The notes under the pieces were generated by a model. It searched no databases. It worked only from the letters and a program-made list of their open reading frames with translations, and was not told the DNA's origin. The translations under genes and the position numbers were made by a program. This document shows positions 13,505 to 27,879 of a DNA stretch of 64,000 bases, in pieces. The stretch is from Ophelia neglecta. Lineage: Eukaryota. The stretch lies in NCBI GenBank assembly GCA_965285935.1, contig OZ260661.1, positions 88,226,001-88,290,000 of the forward strand, given 5' to 3'. Positions within the stretch are counted from its first letter, which is position 1. The number at the start of each line of letters is the position of its first letter.

Positions 13505-15799
13505 TTGTGCATAAACAATGGTATGAAGTCACAACAATATTATAAGGCGCAGGAGCAACCAGAGAGTCATTGAAATCACTTCCATGGCAAGGCTACATGT
13601 TTGGAATGCTGTATTCTCTATATACCAGGGTAGGTAAGTTTTTTGAAATCAAAAGGGTGAGTGCATTAGCTGAGAGAAATGAACACTGCTGGTTAAAACT
13701 GATATTTTTATCCACACAGATAAAAAAAATCCGTATTTCAGAATATATGATACTGAAGGCTGATCATCTAATGATAGATGATCAGTATTCATCCAACGGT
13801 GTATGATCAATCATTGATGATACATGATATATGAGGATATATGAAATCGAATAGGAAAATAACCCCCAACTGCCGCATAAAGATTCTGTATCCCACCAAT
13901 GACTCGTGCTCAAAACCTCATTATTTATTGCTTAAACAACATAGAAATTAAAAACGGCATTCGAATAAATTCCTAAACCATTTTAGTATACCACAATCCG
14001 AATTATGTGCCCTTAGGGGGGAACTGTCATACTGACTTCTCTCTTCATGATCAATATCATTTTGTTTCTTTTAATGTCTTTAAAGAACTCTCTTATTACG
14101 CATTGTTTCATACCACTTCACATCTTTCCCGCACTGCAGTACTTAGGCTATGTTGACATAATAGAGTAACACAATAATTAACACTTATCAATAAATCCGA
14201 CATGTATTGGGTTATCGGTATTATATTGTGATATGATAATTATCATAAACTTGCATGCTTTTGGCGAAAACTATTTCAAGAGATTTTTTTTCTATTCCCG
14301 GGTAAATTGACTTCCTAAAACCAATTAAAAATATTGCCAATTACAACATAATATACATGTAACCCTTTCATCGTTCTCGTTCTTTTATGATTACGGCTAT
14401 AAGCTATTTTGTGACACATTCATACAAAGGATGTTTTTGGTATTCTGATTATTTTTTAAACAGAGCCAATCCATTGTCAAAGCGTTTAAGTTTAATTAGT
14501 ATCTAAGGATTGCAGTGAACATAGTAACATAGTCTGACAGTTTTCCAAACTTTCCGGTCTCTCCCAATTGGCAATATACTAAGTCTTGTTTTTTCTTCAT
14601 TGGTTCATAGTTGTAAAAGATGCATGGTAATATTAGTGATTTTGGTTAGGAAAGATGACATTTTGAACATTGTTCTTCTTTTGTCAGTTGCTTACTCACC
14701 AGAGTAGATAGGCCTATGCCCCTACCAAATTCTACTGCAACATAATGGATGAGTGCTGAGCCTTTATGATATAATTATGCGAATCAAGGGTAAAATCGTA
14801 CTAGTCTCCTAGCAACCTCACACATTTCCATTATTGAACAATGATAGATAATATATTCTTACCTCACCACATTTGAACCTGTTGTGGCGTGGGGGGGGGG
14901 GGGGGTATTTCCCCAAAACACATGTGTACTAATTTATCAAAATACATTCGTATATAATGGTACAAATTAATGTTATTTAACGTTTAATTTATGTTTTTTT
15001 TTCACAAGTTTGAGTAATTCTGGGTCATATGCAGACTCAGCGCACCGGAATGTGCAATCTCGAATCGGAAAGAAAAGTAAACTTGCAGGTTGATGATTTG
15101 GCATCTAGCCAAAATATGCATGGACTTCCATGCGTTGAAACGAACGCGAGGAAAATTTTTCTCATTTTGTGAGTAAATAGGAAAGGAACACGTCCAATGC
15201 TATGACGCACAATGACTCTAAAAATAGGATAGACCATCTTCGTTTGTCAGACGAGTTGCTCAGTCTTATTTCTCAGCACACTACACCGACGCTATTCAAG
15301 ATGAAGCAGACATTCACAGTAATCTCCTATTAAACTGCACTGTTTTTATGTGAATGTCTGTCAGATACACAGATACATCTGAGTGCGTGTCTTTTATGCT
15401 TATAGTTTCTATATTGAAAGAGCTCCCAGTTGAAAACCCCACGCATAAGAAAATTTAACCCTAATTTATATAGTGTTACAGACACAGAACTTGTATACCT
15501 AACACACCCAAGAAAATGAAAACCCTTATTCATTTTATCTTCCAAAAACTGAACGAATATGGAATTAATACTTATTGATTAACTAGGACAACATGTTTCA
15601 GTGCAAATAATGACAATTTTAGGCGATCGGGTTACTTAAATTTCACACTTAGGGTCGAAATTCGAACAAGTAACTGGCCAATCCAAGGGCTGCCAACGTT
15701 CGTACTTGACACCATTCGATGCCAAACGACACTTTAAACACGTTTAATGCATTAATGCAAAATTAAGACTATTGGGTTACCCAAACTTCGTTTCTTAAG

Positions 15800-16530
15800 T
15801 CAAACTTTAAAAGGCTTAAAATGCACTTTTTAGACGTTTTAGCTTACGGGGAACATTTTGAAGCCACAAGTTTTGCCTTTCAGTTGTTAATGCCACCATA
15901 AATTTCAACTAAAATTTGCTGTGGATACTATGGACGGAAGTTGTGCAAAAAAGGTTGAAAAGAGATCTAGCGGTCGAAAAGGGATGATTTATTCACTGTT
16001 AGTTTCCGAAAATGGCCCAATTGACAAAATTCCAATTCGATTTTTCAACAGTAATTCAAAATTTGACTTAGATATTCGCCTTAAATAGAACCAAAAAGGC
16101 TTGAAATGACTTCCGGTGGTCTAAAGTTTTCTTGATTCCTTGTTACTCGACCGAAATGGCTGAATTGGCCAGCTGCCAATTCGATTTTTCGATTACAGGC
16201 ATTCGAGTGGTATAATCGTCTTATGTTGGATCAAAAATGCTAATAATTAGTCCAAGTGGTCTAAAATTGTTGCCCTGAATGATTGTTATTGCTCTTTGAG
16301 CAAATATTTGATTGTTCAACTGGCAGATGAATTAGCAGCTGGCTTTTCCTTTCAGCTGACATTTCTATTTTGAAAGTTAACTAAAGTTTTAGTGAGATAA
16401 TTATCTTTCGTTTTACAAAGTGGCTTGAAATGAGTTGCAGTGGTCTAAAATGATTGATAGAAGTCACTGTTACTGTTGTAGGAGATAGTCAACAGGCAGC
16501 TGGAATTGGCAGCTCCCAATTTAATAATCC
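15800..16530. repeat. Old degenerate tandem array, ~140-185-bp period
   Basis: GGCTTGAAATGA...GTGGTCTAAA-like motif near 15950, 16097, 16235 and 16422; CCAATTCGATTTTTC at ~16032 and ~16176. Confidence 0.6.
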
Positions 16531-18485
16531 CTAGCTCGTATTGTTTACCCATCAATGGCTGACAATACATGCACTGGGCGAAGTGGATGGTGGAAAATAG
16601 GCAAGTTTTATCACACTTCGCTCCATAGTTTTTATACAATGCTCTTAAATTGAGTGCCTTTCTTGCTCCACCGCTGTAGGCTTTCTATTTTTTCAATGTT
16701 GCATTTAGCCATTTTTTAATAATATCATGCACAGCTACAATGTCAACAAGTGTGTTCTTTAACAACAATTAGTGAATGCTAGAAAAATAAAACCCAATTC
16801 AAGGTAGTTTAATCCTTGCACATGTGACCTTATCAAATCAGAGGTACAAAAGAAAGGAGTATTTTTTATGTACTAGAGAGAGATAAGGCCCAACCAAATT
16901 GATTGTAACGACCCAATTTAACCCGCCAAAAAAGCTATTCACTATAAAAACCGTGTTACAAAGTAAACTGTTTTTTTCTGCTAAGTTCAACATCAGGTAG
17001 CTTGCACGTGAATACTTCAACTCTCGAACTTTGACTGTTGATTAATTCAAAACCTAGTCCATAAATTAGCTATGATTGAATTTGCTGTACCTCGAGACCT
17101 GTACTCAATCACACCATAATTTCCTCTGCAGCTTTAAACTGCTTTTCCCGCCCTTTGTGTAAAAATAGTAATTAAAATCGGCTAGTTTGATGGCCAAATT
17201 ACACCCTTTGTCATGTTCATGTAAATTATAAAGTCAGTGCCTCTCTATTCCCCAGGCGTATGTACTCGGAGACAGGTAACATCTGCCAGGCGGAAGTGCA
17301 AACAGACACGTGCAAGGGAATATGTAATGTTTTAAGGTTTAATAATTCGCTTATACCCATTAAGACGGAAGTGGTGACATGATTCGTGCAAATGAAAATC
17401 TATACAAAAAAGAGCGTGTAAATTTAAACAAGCATAAACCTTCTTTAGTTTTCTCTCAAGAAATTCGATGGCAGTCAATCCTGCCAAGATAAAAGTTTAG
17501 GAATTGCGTTTAAAGCATAGATACGGTTCTTGAAGCGAAACATAAATTTAAACAGCTTTTAAGTCGACCAATGATGAATTTAAAGCACGAATTCAACTAT
17601 ATAGCCTTCTGAGTAATTACATAAATTGGCATTTAAAAAACTCATATACAATTAAATGTACTAAAATTAAATATGAAAAGGGTAAAACAGGTAATCAGGG
17701 TAACGAGCAATTTGGCCGGCTTGTTCCGGGCGTATCGTGGTAACCAAGCACTGACAGGAATGTCGGGCATGCAGTTGATAAGGTCGTTGTCATGAAACAT
17801 ATCGATTTTATCAATCTGCGACGGGTAGGAGCGTTTTCCAAGCAGTCGATGGTATGAACCGCCTGGCACTCGCTCAAATGCGTGTCGGTCGATGTAATCT
17901 TGTACCTGGTAGTGTTGGAGACGGCACACAAGCCCATATCGCATCAAAACAAAACCTCCAAATCAATACATATACCTGTCAATGATTGAATGAGAACTCG
18001 AGCGTGAGAAACGAACCGATGGTAAAAGTAGTCCCGGTTTATGGAAATTCGGTCACGACACTGCCATTGCCAACAGCCAAGAGGCAACAGTTTGCATTCA
18101 TAAATGTTGGCTTTAAATCAAGAAAGGTAGGAAAGGTAAATAATGGGTCGTACTTGCTCACTCGTGTACCGTGTACTGGTGAGTTGCATGCAGTTAGATC
18201 TATACAGTGGCAGAGCTACAAAAATGAATCAGAATCATGTAGCAAAATAAGGGGTGATTCATTCTCACTACACACTTGGATGTCATATCTCATCATTAAT
18301 TTCTTTTCAAGAAAAGATTCCTAGTACGAATTAACGTATCGCATGTGACCCAAATAGGTGATATCGATTACATAATGCCATACAAGACACGGTTACGCGC
18401 GATTGTTAAATATATTTAATGTGATCTGCGATCAGTTTGGATTGCATTCGACGGGCCCAAACAATATGCCTAAGCTCTTTCCAAA

Positions 18486-18638
18486 GATAACGAAGTGCAA
18501 ATAAGACCTCTGTTTCTTAAGAACAGAACTAACATCCCCCCCTCCTTGGGGGGGGGGGGGGGTTAACGATAACGAAGTGGAAATAAGACCTCTGTTTTTT
18601 AAGAACAGTATTAACATCCCCCTCCCCCCCCCCCAAGG
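18486..18638. repeat. 82-bp tandem duplication with C/G tracts
   Basis: GATAACGAAGTG(C/G)AAATAAGACCTCTGTTT...AACATCCCC at 18486 and 18568. Confidence 0.85.
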
Positions 18639-19309
18639 TGACAGCAGATTTTTTCTGGCCATCTGATTGCCCTTTAAGGGTTTAGACCAAGGTCATGACC
18701 TACAATATGGCAAAATTCGACATTGATTTCATGAAAAAGGGTTTTTTTCTCAGCAAATATCCACAGGTAGACATTGATTGAATTCATTTTATTAACATTG
18801 ATAAAACAGGAGTTAACTTGTCTTTATTTGGAATGTTATAAGAAAAGAAAAACTAATCAAGTAATCAGGGCTGACCGGTCTTATTTTTCAGATAGTTACC
18901 TTGAATCTAGCAAAACCCGAAAGACCGGCAATATTGAGCAATTATTAAAGTAATTGTGCGCTTTTATTCTTAAACATATACTTTTATCTAAAATCAATTA
19001 CAATCTAACATGGTATTATTATTGACTCCTACACTAACGTTTAATATTATAACTCATATTTTGGTTCCGAATTGATCCAATTCTGTAAATTTTCGTGACT
19101 TTATTTTTATGGAGCTGGCCGTGTTATAGATTGCATGATGGCTCCATATGTTCCAAATCCAAGGAGCCATGGTCTTTTAATCATTAGGCCTACACAGCCA
19201 GAGGCCTCACGAGGCCTATAGTCATGTTGATCTACATGTCCTTACGGGCACAGCTCGGTCAGCGGATCCTAGTTACTGAATGAGTCGGAGTGAAACACAT
19301 GGCGTGAGT

Positions 19310-19890
19310 GGTGTGTGGTGACGTATGGGTGGTGGAGTGGGATGGGGGGGGTGATGGGGGTGGGTAGAGGTATGGGGTGGTGGAGTGGGATGGGGGGTGA
19401 TGGGGGTGGGTATAGGTATGGGGTGGTGAAGAAGGATGGGGGATGGGGGGGGGGGGTGATGGTTGTGGGTAGAGGGATGGGGTGTGGTGGGGGTGGGTAG
19501 ACGTATGGGGTAGTGGAGTGGGATCGATGGGGGATGGGGGTTGATGGGGGTGGGGTGAGGTATTGGATGGTGGAGTGGGATGGGGTGTGGTGGGGTGTGG
19601 TGGGGTGTGGTGAGGTATGGGGTGGTGGAGTGGGATGGGGGATGGGGGGGTGATGGGGGATGATGGGGTTGGGTAGAGGTATGTGGTGGTGGAGTGGGAT
19701 GAGGGATGGGGGGTGACTGAGGTGGGGTGAGCTATGGGGTGGTGGAGTGCGATGGGGGTGATGGGGGAGGGAGGAGGTATGGGATGGTGGAGTGGGATGG
19801 GGGTGATGGGGGAGGGAGGAGGTATGGGGTGTTGGAGTGGGATGGGGGTGATGGGGGTGGGTAGAGGTATGGGATGGTGGGATGGGGTGC
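19310..19890 (+). repeat. G-rich minisatellite, ~45-bp unit
   Basis: Unit approx. GAGGTATGGGGTGGTGGAGTGGGATGGGGGTGATGGGGGTGGGTA, roughly a dozen diverged copies. Confidence 0.95.
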
Positions 19891-22800
19891 CGAGTCTTTC
19901 TAAATTACTACGCGTAGTATACAATTATGAGGAAAAAGCTGTTTTCGCTAAACTTCTGACGCTAGCTCTATAGGCCTATAGTGAAATAATAAAAGTGTCA
20001 TTCTTGATTGGTATGTGTTTTTCTTCATATCGTCTGTACATAGTACACAGTAAATGGCCTTTCAATGAAAATAGGATCGAAATATGCTCTAATCTTCTTC
20101 GTTTAGGCAATTCCTTTGTCAACAGGACTAGTAAAGATTAAATTAAGCTAGGGTCGAATGTCAAGTTTATTAGGAAAACTAAATAGTATGCGGCAATGAT
20201 GCTACAGAAAATAAATAAAATTAATCACATTATTGACATAAGAAAATAGAATAGGGCAGGTTTCACCGTCACGGTTTTATAAAGCTAAGGGCATAAAGGC
20301 CGAATGTTAGAGCACTTACCATAAAGGCTGGGTGGTTTCTGTTTATTTTGTAAATGTTTTTTCATTTGCAGAATAGCGTCACGTATGGTGTCTGAGTATT
20401 ATCACTGTGATATTACACGCTCAACCTCACTGAGTTAATGTCATCAGGTCATGTCCATTTAATATAATTGATCGTACGTGACTAGGACGCACGGCTATTC
20501 AAATTTTTACTTCGGTACACAGAGAAACTATGTAGAAACAAACGCTTCAAATCAATAAAATAAGTGCAAGAGGACAGTCAAATATTCAAATCACGTACGT
20601 CATCACAAAAACACATGCACAGTAAACGCCCATCCCAGACAATATAATATTGATTTGAATTAATATATTCTCGGCTCCACCTGTTCACGTGCAGCTGCTG
20701 TTACCATTCATCACAAAATCGACCAGAAAAGAATTTGTATTGGCCATTTCTCTCACTCCCACGCTATTTACCTAAGGATGTTAATCGGGGAACATGTGTT
20801 CTCGATTACAAAAAAACTGTCTGTGTAGTGTTCTATTGAAATGTGTTATTTTTAGATTAATCAGTTTCTCCGCGCTTTGATAATACCATGGAACATTGAT
20901 AATATAGAAACAAGGAAACAATTGACTTCCGATCTTGTTTGTATTTCGGAGAGAATAAACTAGATTAATGAATTTTGCTTGTTATGCCCATTAGAGTAAG
21001 AATAGGCAATGTTTAGAGTCACAATCAGGACGAGTCGGGTCGGAGAGTGCGTCAGCCCTCGCTTGGTTTCTCATTCATGCATGCCTTACAAGTGTGCACT
21101 GAAGAAGCAGAACATAATGTAAGTGTTATGGTTGGCCTATCACGTAATCTGGTTATCTCCAAAAAGAAACCTACCCATACTAGCATCCTAGCAAGCCAAT
21201 CAAGTTCTAGATGCATGATGGTATTCAAAATTATATAAGTACATATTCGTTTGAATATACAGAGAGCAAACTTCAGTGAAGACAAATTACATTAATTTTT
21301 TGACTAAGCACTTTTATTTTGCCCTTTCCCACTATCTAACAAACTTTATTCTCTCTCCAAATGTAGACGACAAACATTTCTTTTACAACTACCCCCCCCC
21401 CCCCCCGATATATCTATTCATTAGGAGCGTGCGAACTGATAAAAGTCGTCGTTTCTGCATCAGGCAAGACGGGATTGTATTAGTTTCTAATCAAATCAAT
21501 CAACTAGAACTGAACCTTAATGAACAAATTCATTCGGACAATTATTTTCAGCCCATACTCTCGTATATGTGGCATCAAAATCAGTCTTCACAAGTTGTAT
21601 GAGGCGGACATAGCATATGCCTATGTTGGAAAAGTATATGATTCAGCTAACATTTTGGTGTCTGGAAAAGTCAGTATACTACCTTAGAAACGAGAAAATA
21701 TACTGCGATAAATGTTATGTATACAGGGTAGCTCTTTATTGATACTAGCACTGCAAATCAACGAGGACAACTACACTAGAGGATGAAACCCTCCGCTATG
21801 TTGTTTTACCTCACAAAATATGCATCCAGATAGTCACAATAACGACCTGACTATGGGGCGTGTTCGTTGTTAGAACCGACCGGTTAAGGGGAGAAGTTAT
21901 ATTTGTTCTCAGCAGATGGCAAACAGACATAGCAGACTATGTCGACTATTCTGTTTGTTTTAATTGTGAAGATCTGCCCCGACAGGGTTGACCATACGCC
22001 GGGAGCGGCAGTCGGTTTACTCTCAGCGTTCGCTTGTCAAAGAAGACGTGCCGAACACAAAACAGAGAAAATGAAAACCAATGAGTCCAGTTCGGTTTAG
22101 TATAGACGAGATCGTGTGTAAATAGACTGACTGTGTTCTCACTGCCCTAATATCAACAGTTTTGGCCGCTGGCACCAGACCTCACTTGACCGGAATATGC
22201 GGACTAGGCCTGGTACATATATACTCCATAGTTCACCTTTTTACACCCGGGAAGAAGCTGTCCACCGGCATGCACTCAGCTTTACCTTTATATATAGCAT
22301 TGTGTATATGACACTCACTTTTTGAATGAAAGCAAAACGAGGCGCGATAAAAAGTCAAGCTTCAATTTGAAATCGTCCACCCAGATAATTAAAACACTGT
22401 ACATCATGTCTTGGTGAATACGTCGATATTTTTTTTTGTTATTTTGAAAATATTCCTCTGTTAGTCCTACCCCTATACATTTTGCTTCATAGAAGAAATC
22501 TTTCGATATCTTGGATCGATCCATCACCAGATACAAGTATCATCGATGTGGACGATATGGTTTTGTTTACTCGACCTTGAAGAAGGGGTCAAGTTCACTC
22601 TGTATTTCATACATAAACTTCTGCACCTTAAGAAAAATAAATGTAAGAATTTTGACGGACTAACTGAATTCATGTTAATAGGATGACATCCAACCGGTAG
22701 ATGACACATTTATAAACATAACTGTTTTTTTCTGACACTGGTCGATCTAAGGTGTGAATTAAAATGCTCCCGTCCGACGCTAACTTGCCTATTTCCATCT

Positions 22801-24649
22801 GGTTCCTGCGCATTAACGAGTTAATCCTGAATATATTTATTGAAAAATAGTTCTTCTAAAAATAATCAACGAAATAAATGTTCCCTGAGGCAGATTATCA
22901 TGGGATCATCTGTATTTGATGTGCGTGATTTCGGTCGCAGCAGATATTCTAGTTTATTTTCTCAGCAATAATATTGTGCGTCATATCCATGATGTTGAGA
23001 TCAGTAGCCCGTGCTTAAAAGAAAGCACGTGCCGTGTTAGTCTGGTTGATGATAACGTATCAGAGCTTTATTGGGCCAAATAATTAATGACTAGCCGGCT
23101 CAGTTATGAATTTCAGTGAACCTGGCGTTATCGCTCAGATAAGAGCATCGGAATTCACTGGCATGCCTCAGAAACTATGTCAGGAATCCTCGGATACACC
23201 AGATTCGATGTGGACCTGTACAGCCCATAAATCGTGTGCAGGATTAATATGAAATACGGCGCCCCCATGCCACAAAGTGATCATATCGAGCAGACGTTCA
23301 TCAACGGTTATTATCGATTATATATTTTTGTGAAAAATCTTTGACTCACTGAACAGATGCTGACATTTGCACATCCATTTAAATTACTACCAGAATGACA
23401 AGTTATGTACACCTCACGGCTTACACAGATATACATGTATGAGATGCTTGTTTATTCATTTCTAAAGTTCCTTTTTTTTAATTGGTTAATACAATGGTTG
23501 AGGGCGTGTCCGTTGCTGGTCCACTATGTAGAGACTGGACTTAGACTGCACTAGTATATATTCTGTATCAAATTTACATCATTAAATGTCCAGTGGACAG
23601 ACCTAAATGCACTGAGATATTGACCGTATGATCATATACTCGCAGAAGTGACACCCATGACATATAGAGAACAGATAGTAATTAACACTTAAATGTGAAC
23701 ACAAGAGATAAATGTACGCTACAGGGAACAATTTAAACTTGCTGTGCCTATTGGCATAATGTACTGAGGTCGTATGAACTCAGTGGAGTAAGGTCACACA
23801 TTCCAGACGGCGGCATCGGTGTAAAACGTGTATACCACCGAGGTTTCACTCTACCACCCTGGAATGTCGGAGCTGCGAAAAAACTTCATTATATACAGCA
23901 AAAAACATGCCTCGTTAAAACATTCAACTGATGTTTGTTCTTAAAAAATGTAGTGAGTAAAGTGTTTCAGCTCCAGTATTTTCAGGTCACATATAGGTTA
24001 ACTTATCAGTAGGAACATTGTTGATGACCCGCCCTCATTCAACAGACACAGACAGCTATAGCATAATATGTCGGGTTTGATAGGGCTTAAAAAGTCACTT
24101 AGTCCCAGAGGAAAAGTTTGATCATGTCATCTTGTTTGGCATTGCATGAACTCGTGGTGTGTGCAATGTTTGTATATACATGTACATTCAAAGAGCGCAG
24201 TTCACTAGATGCTATAGCTCATCATCTATATCATGTTGTGGCAACATCTCTGACATAAAAGTTCACAAAATATACTATAGCTCTAAATGTATCACTGCCA
24301 CAATTCACTCATCCATGTAGGCACTACACATATTAAATAGAAGTTTGTGAATGGTACCACTTTAATTAATGAATATTGTTTTTTTTTTTTTTATAAATGT
24401 GAAGTATCGCCATTTTTGTCATTGACATTGCTTAATGACATGCCATCTTGACATAACTATCTTGACTTGTTAAAGGGTTAAAGATAAAAAGGGACGGAGA
24501 TAAAAAAAACGACAGTCATTCCCGACCATGAAAATATATCTTAAGCCGCGCGGTAGAATGAGCAGGACATGGCATTGTTTAATTTCACTTCTCCCTGGCA
24601 ACTCATACATATATCTGATATAGATATATGTATCTATAGGCCTACCTAT

Positions 24650-24710
24650 TTCAATGTAAAATAACCTGTCTAAGCAGACGACCTCCATAATCAGGCTCAA
24701 TTCCCAGTTT
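24650..24710 (-). mobile_element. Fragment of the CAGTG MITE family (internal/left part)
   Basis: TTCAATGTAAAATAACCTGTCTAAGCAGACGACCTC is nearly identical to 44856-44891. Confidence 0.65.
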
Positions 24711-27546
24711 TTACTTTTATCACATTGTGCTACATCTACAACCCCATATATATTTATATATGTAACATGTACGTATACTTTTGCGTTGCTGATGTACATA
24801 TTATTTACAGTCTTTATATTCTTTTCGCCACAATAGGCATGTACTTAATTAGCTAATATATAGGGTATATATATACCATTCCTTAAGAGTAAATATATCA
24901 ATCCTTTTTAACCATTTTCATCGCTATCGTGATGAGATGAGACATGTTGAGCCACGATATTATTTTTATTTAGTCAATTATCTTAGAAAGCAGACGCAAC
25001 TATTTCCCAAACTAAACTTTCAGGTATATCTAAACAGAAAGTGAGAATATACGGAATTAATGTAAACATTGTGACGCAGGGGGCCAGTATATTGCAGTTA
25101 TTTACGTCTTGATTATTTATACCACGAGCCAATGATATTATTAGTTTTGGCGGACCATTGGTTTGGGTTCTGCTCTCGGTTTACAGCATACTGGGAGGCT
25201 CGAGACCTATTAACTTGCACTCGACAACCTAAGTCTGGCATGACAAGTCAAATACTGGTAGCTTACATTCCACAGTTAACCAGATAAGGATCCTCGCCGC
25301 CCATGAGGTCTTATATCCTCCTTTAACATATCTTTGAATGCCCACAAAGCGAAAAATGACAAACATGACTGTATAGTATTTGAATGTAGTAAAATGCTTC
25401 TTGACAACGCGCTAAATTATTCCAGACCGCGGTCGATCGGTACGGGAAACCGATAAAAAAAGTCTCACCGTGCTTTACATGCGAAGCGTGAGTCGACTAT
25501 CTGTTTGTAAAAAACCTGCATAGCTACGAGAGTGTCTATTCACACTCGTGTTTGCTTTACCCCACCTGAATTCGAATCTCTCATAGAGACTGCCACTCGG
25601 CAATGTAATGGCATTAAACGATCATTAGACTGGCTGATCGAGGACAATTTAAAAGACAGTACATAGGCCCATGTATATGAAACTATATACCGGTCTTACT
25701 TTGCTGGAGAAAGTTAAAATCCTGCGACTCACTAGCTAAGACCACATTCTATAGACACACAGAACAGGACATTTTCTAAAAACGAAGATAAAAAGAGAAG
25801 CGTAATATTTCTTTTTTAAATATAGGTACAAGTCATATAATTATATTGTTATTTTGTACTTTCTGCGCTTAAAGATTTTCCCTATACACGTGGTGGTTTT
25901 GATGTCAAACCAGGATATTGGTCACAACTTCCTGAATTAGAATATCACAGCTGCAGGACTCTGCAAAGCGATCACTATAGAAATCGAATAAAAATCAAAC
26001 GAAGGGGACTTGTATTAAACCTGATCATGATTAAGTGTTGGTCACGATATGTCCTAATTTTGCCTATCTTTGACTAATTATTCTTTGTGAAATTAAATCG
26101 AGATCAGTAATGACATTGGTCAGTTGGTCATCGCTATTGTAATTATCAAGCATAGACCCGACATAAAGTATGTAGAGACGTGAACGAGATTACCCCGTGG
26201 CGTCCACCACGCCCTTCGCCATCCTGTCTGGGCCTAATCCCCTGCCTACAAAGACACTTGTTCAGGGCACGCTGACGAGTTCGAACTCGCTGTATTCACC
26301 AAGGTAAATAGCATTATAGTAGACCTACTTAGAGACCTCCCCGATAGCCGCTTTAAAAACTAGGATGGTGGTAGCTTCAACGAGTCACCACATGCCTATA
26401 TCTATTCAAGATAGTGCTATTCATAATTGTATTTGGTTAAGATATGGAGGGCAAACTGAAAATCCGTTTACCAACCCACTCTATAACCCCGTTAGCTATA
26501 AACTGCCACACTCTAACCGCTTTTAAATGAACGCATTTCTGTATACCCTATAAAGGTTACCTGGAATAAAGCAAAATTAACGCTTGCAAGAAAAAAACGC
26601 CGTGGCCCTTTAAAAGAAAGCCATAATAGGATGGATTATCAATAAACGTTTAAAAAATATATTGTGGAGCTTCGTTTCCTAGACACGCCTTTAGGCCTCT
26701 ATGATCAAACAGGGATGTGCCGAATCATTTGATAGGCTTATCAGTTATCATACTAATCTCATTAATCCATCGGAACAATAGGGAAATGTAAGCCTCAATT
26801 TTTTAAAATATTTCTCGGAGGTTCATCATTATTTTTTTTTTAACTCAGTGAATGTTGACAGATTTTTTAACCCCAAAGCAGTTAAAACAATGGCGGGAGT
26901 CTCGTGTTGAGTTTTCCTGGTTGTTTGCTTTCTGGGACGGTACAGAGTGTAATGGTAAAATGTGTCTGGAAAATTACCGCTTTATACTCCCAAATCAAAC
27001 AGAGATAACTAAAGGAGACACTTCGGGGTGACTTGCACATTCTTCAGCTAGTGGGTAGTTCAAACACTTGTCCGAGCACTTAGTTTGCTTGCTTTACTCT
27101 TTGTTGAAGATTAACACACATTCTCACACCTAGCATCTCTAACTCACTGGCGTCCGAGGGAAAACGTACTTGGTTGACTCGCTTTTTGTAGGCATTTCAC
27201 TTCAAATTCAAATTCAAGACGACGCTGGTTGATTTTGAAAATCGTTCGGAGGCACGCAACTTGACAAGCGCATTTTAATTGAAGTACAAAACACTGCCGA
27301 GGAGGCTTGAATATAAGCAGACATACACTTATATTTGTAGTCAACTGGCTATATAGGCCAATATGTTTCAAGTGAATCAACCCTATATATGTCTGATGTG
27401 TATAAAGCTTACAAGTGTGCTTCATAATTTTCCACTGTGGCTAAGTGTCTATTTACTTTTCTTTATCGCCTGGGAATGAGGTTTGGTATGTACAATGTAT
27501 ACATCAGGGTATGACGCACATTCATTCATTCATCTTCATGTGTTAG

Positions 27547-27879
27547 CTACGGAAGCCCATTAGGCCGACCAGATTTTTTAATTTTTAATATTTCAAGATA
27601 TTTTTCATAAATATTTAAAATAGTATATTCAATATTCATTTTATATTAAGAATTTTTAAGTTAGTATGTTTGATTTTTATATACAAATTTAAGATGTGTT
27701 TTTGAAAAGCATGATGCCATTCTTAAATTTCAACAAATTAGCTTAAAAATTTTACACACTAACTTAAAAGTCCAGATATTAACATGAATAGTTAAAATAA
27801 TATGTTAAATATTATGATGAAAAATATCTTGAAATATTAAAAATAAAAAAATCTGGTTGACCCTAATGGGCTTCCGTAG
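27547..27879. mobile_element. Fold-back MITE with long AT-rich inverted arms
   Basis: Termini CTACGGAAGCCCATTAGG / CCTAATGGGCTTCCGTAG are perfect 18-bp inverted repeats, and the arms continue imperfectly for ~90 bp. No clean TSD (TTAG vs TAAG). Confidence 0.85.

Noticed and set aside
17642-17947. Overlapping 101-aa and 80-aa ORFs in a GC-rich block
   Set aside because: No recognisable domain or splice support; more likely regulatory or TE-derived.
19259-19924. 221-aa Pro/His-rich ORF, the longest in the track
   Set aside because: It is the translation of the C-rich strand of a minisatellite; the lack of stops is compositional.
27015-27055. Hammerhead-like CTGAAGA...GAAG on the minus strand (similar trace at ~28600-28630 on plus)
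   Set aside because: The catalytic core is mutated and stems I/II do not pair properly; at most decayed Penelope-type relics.
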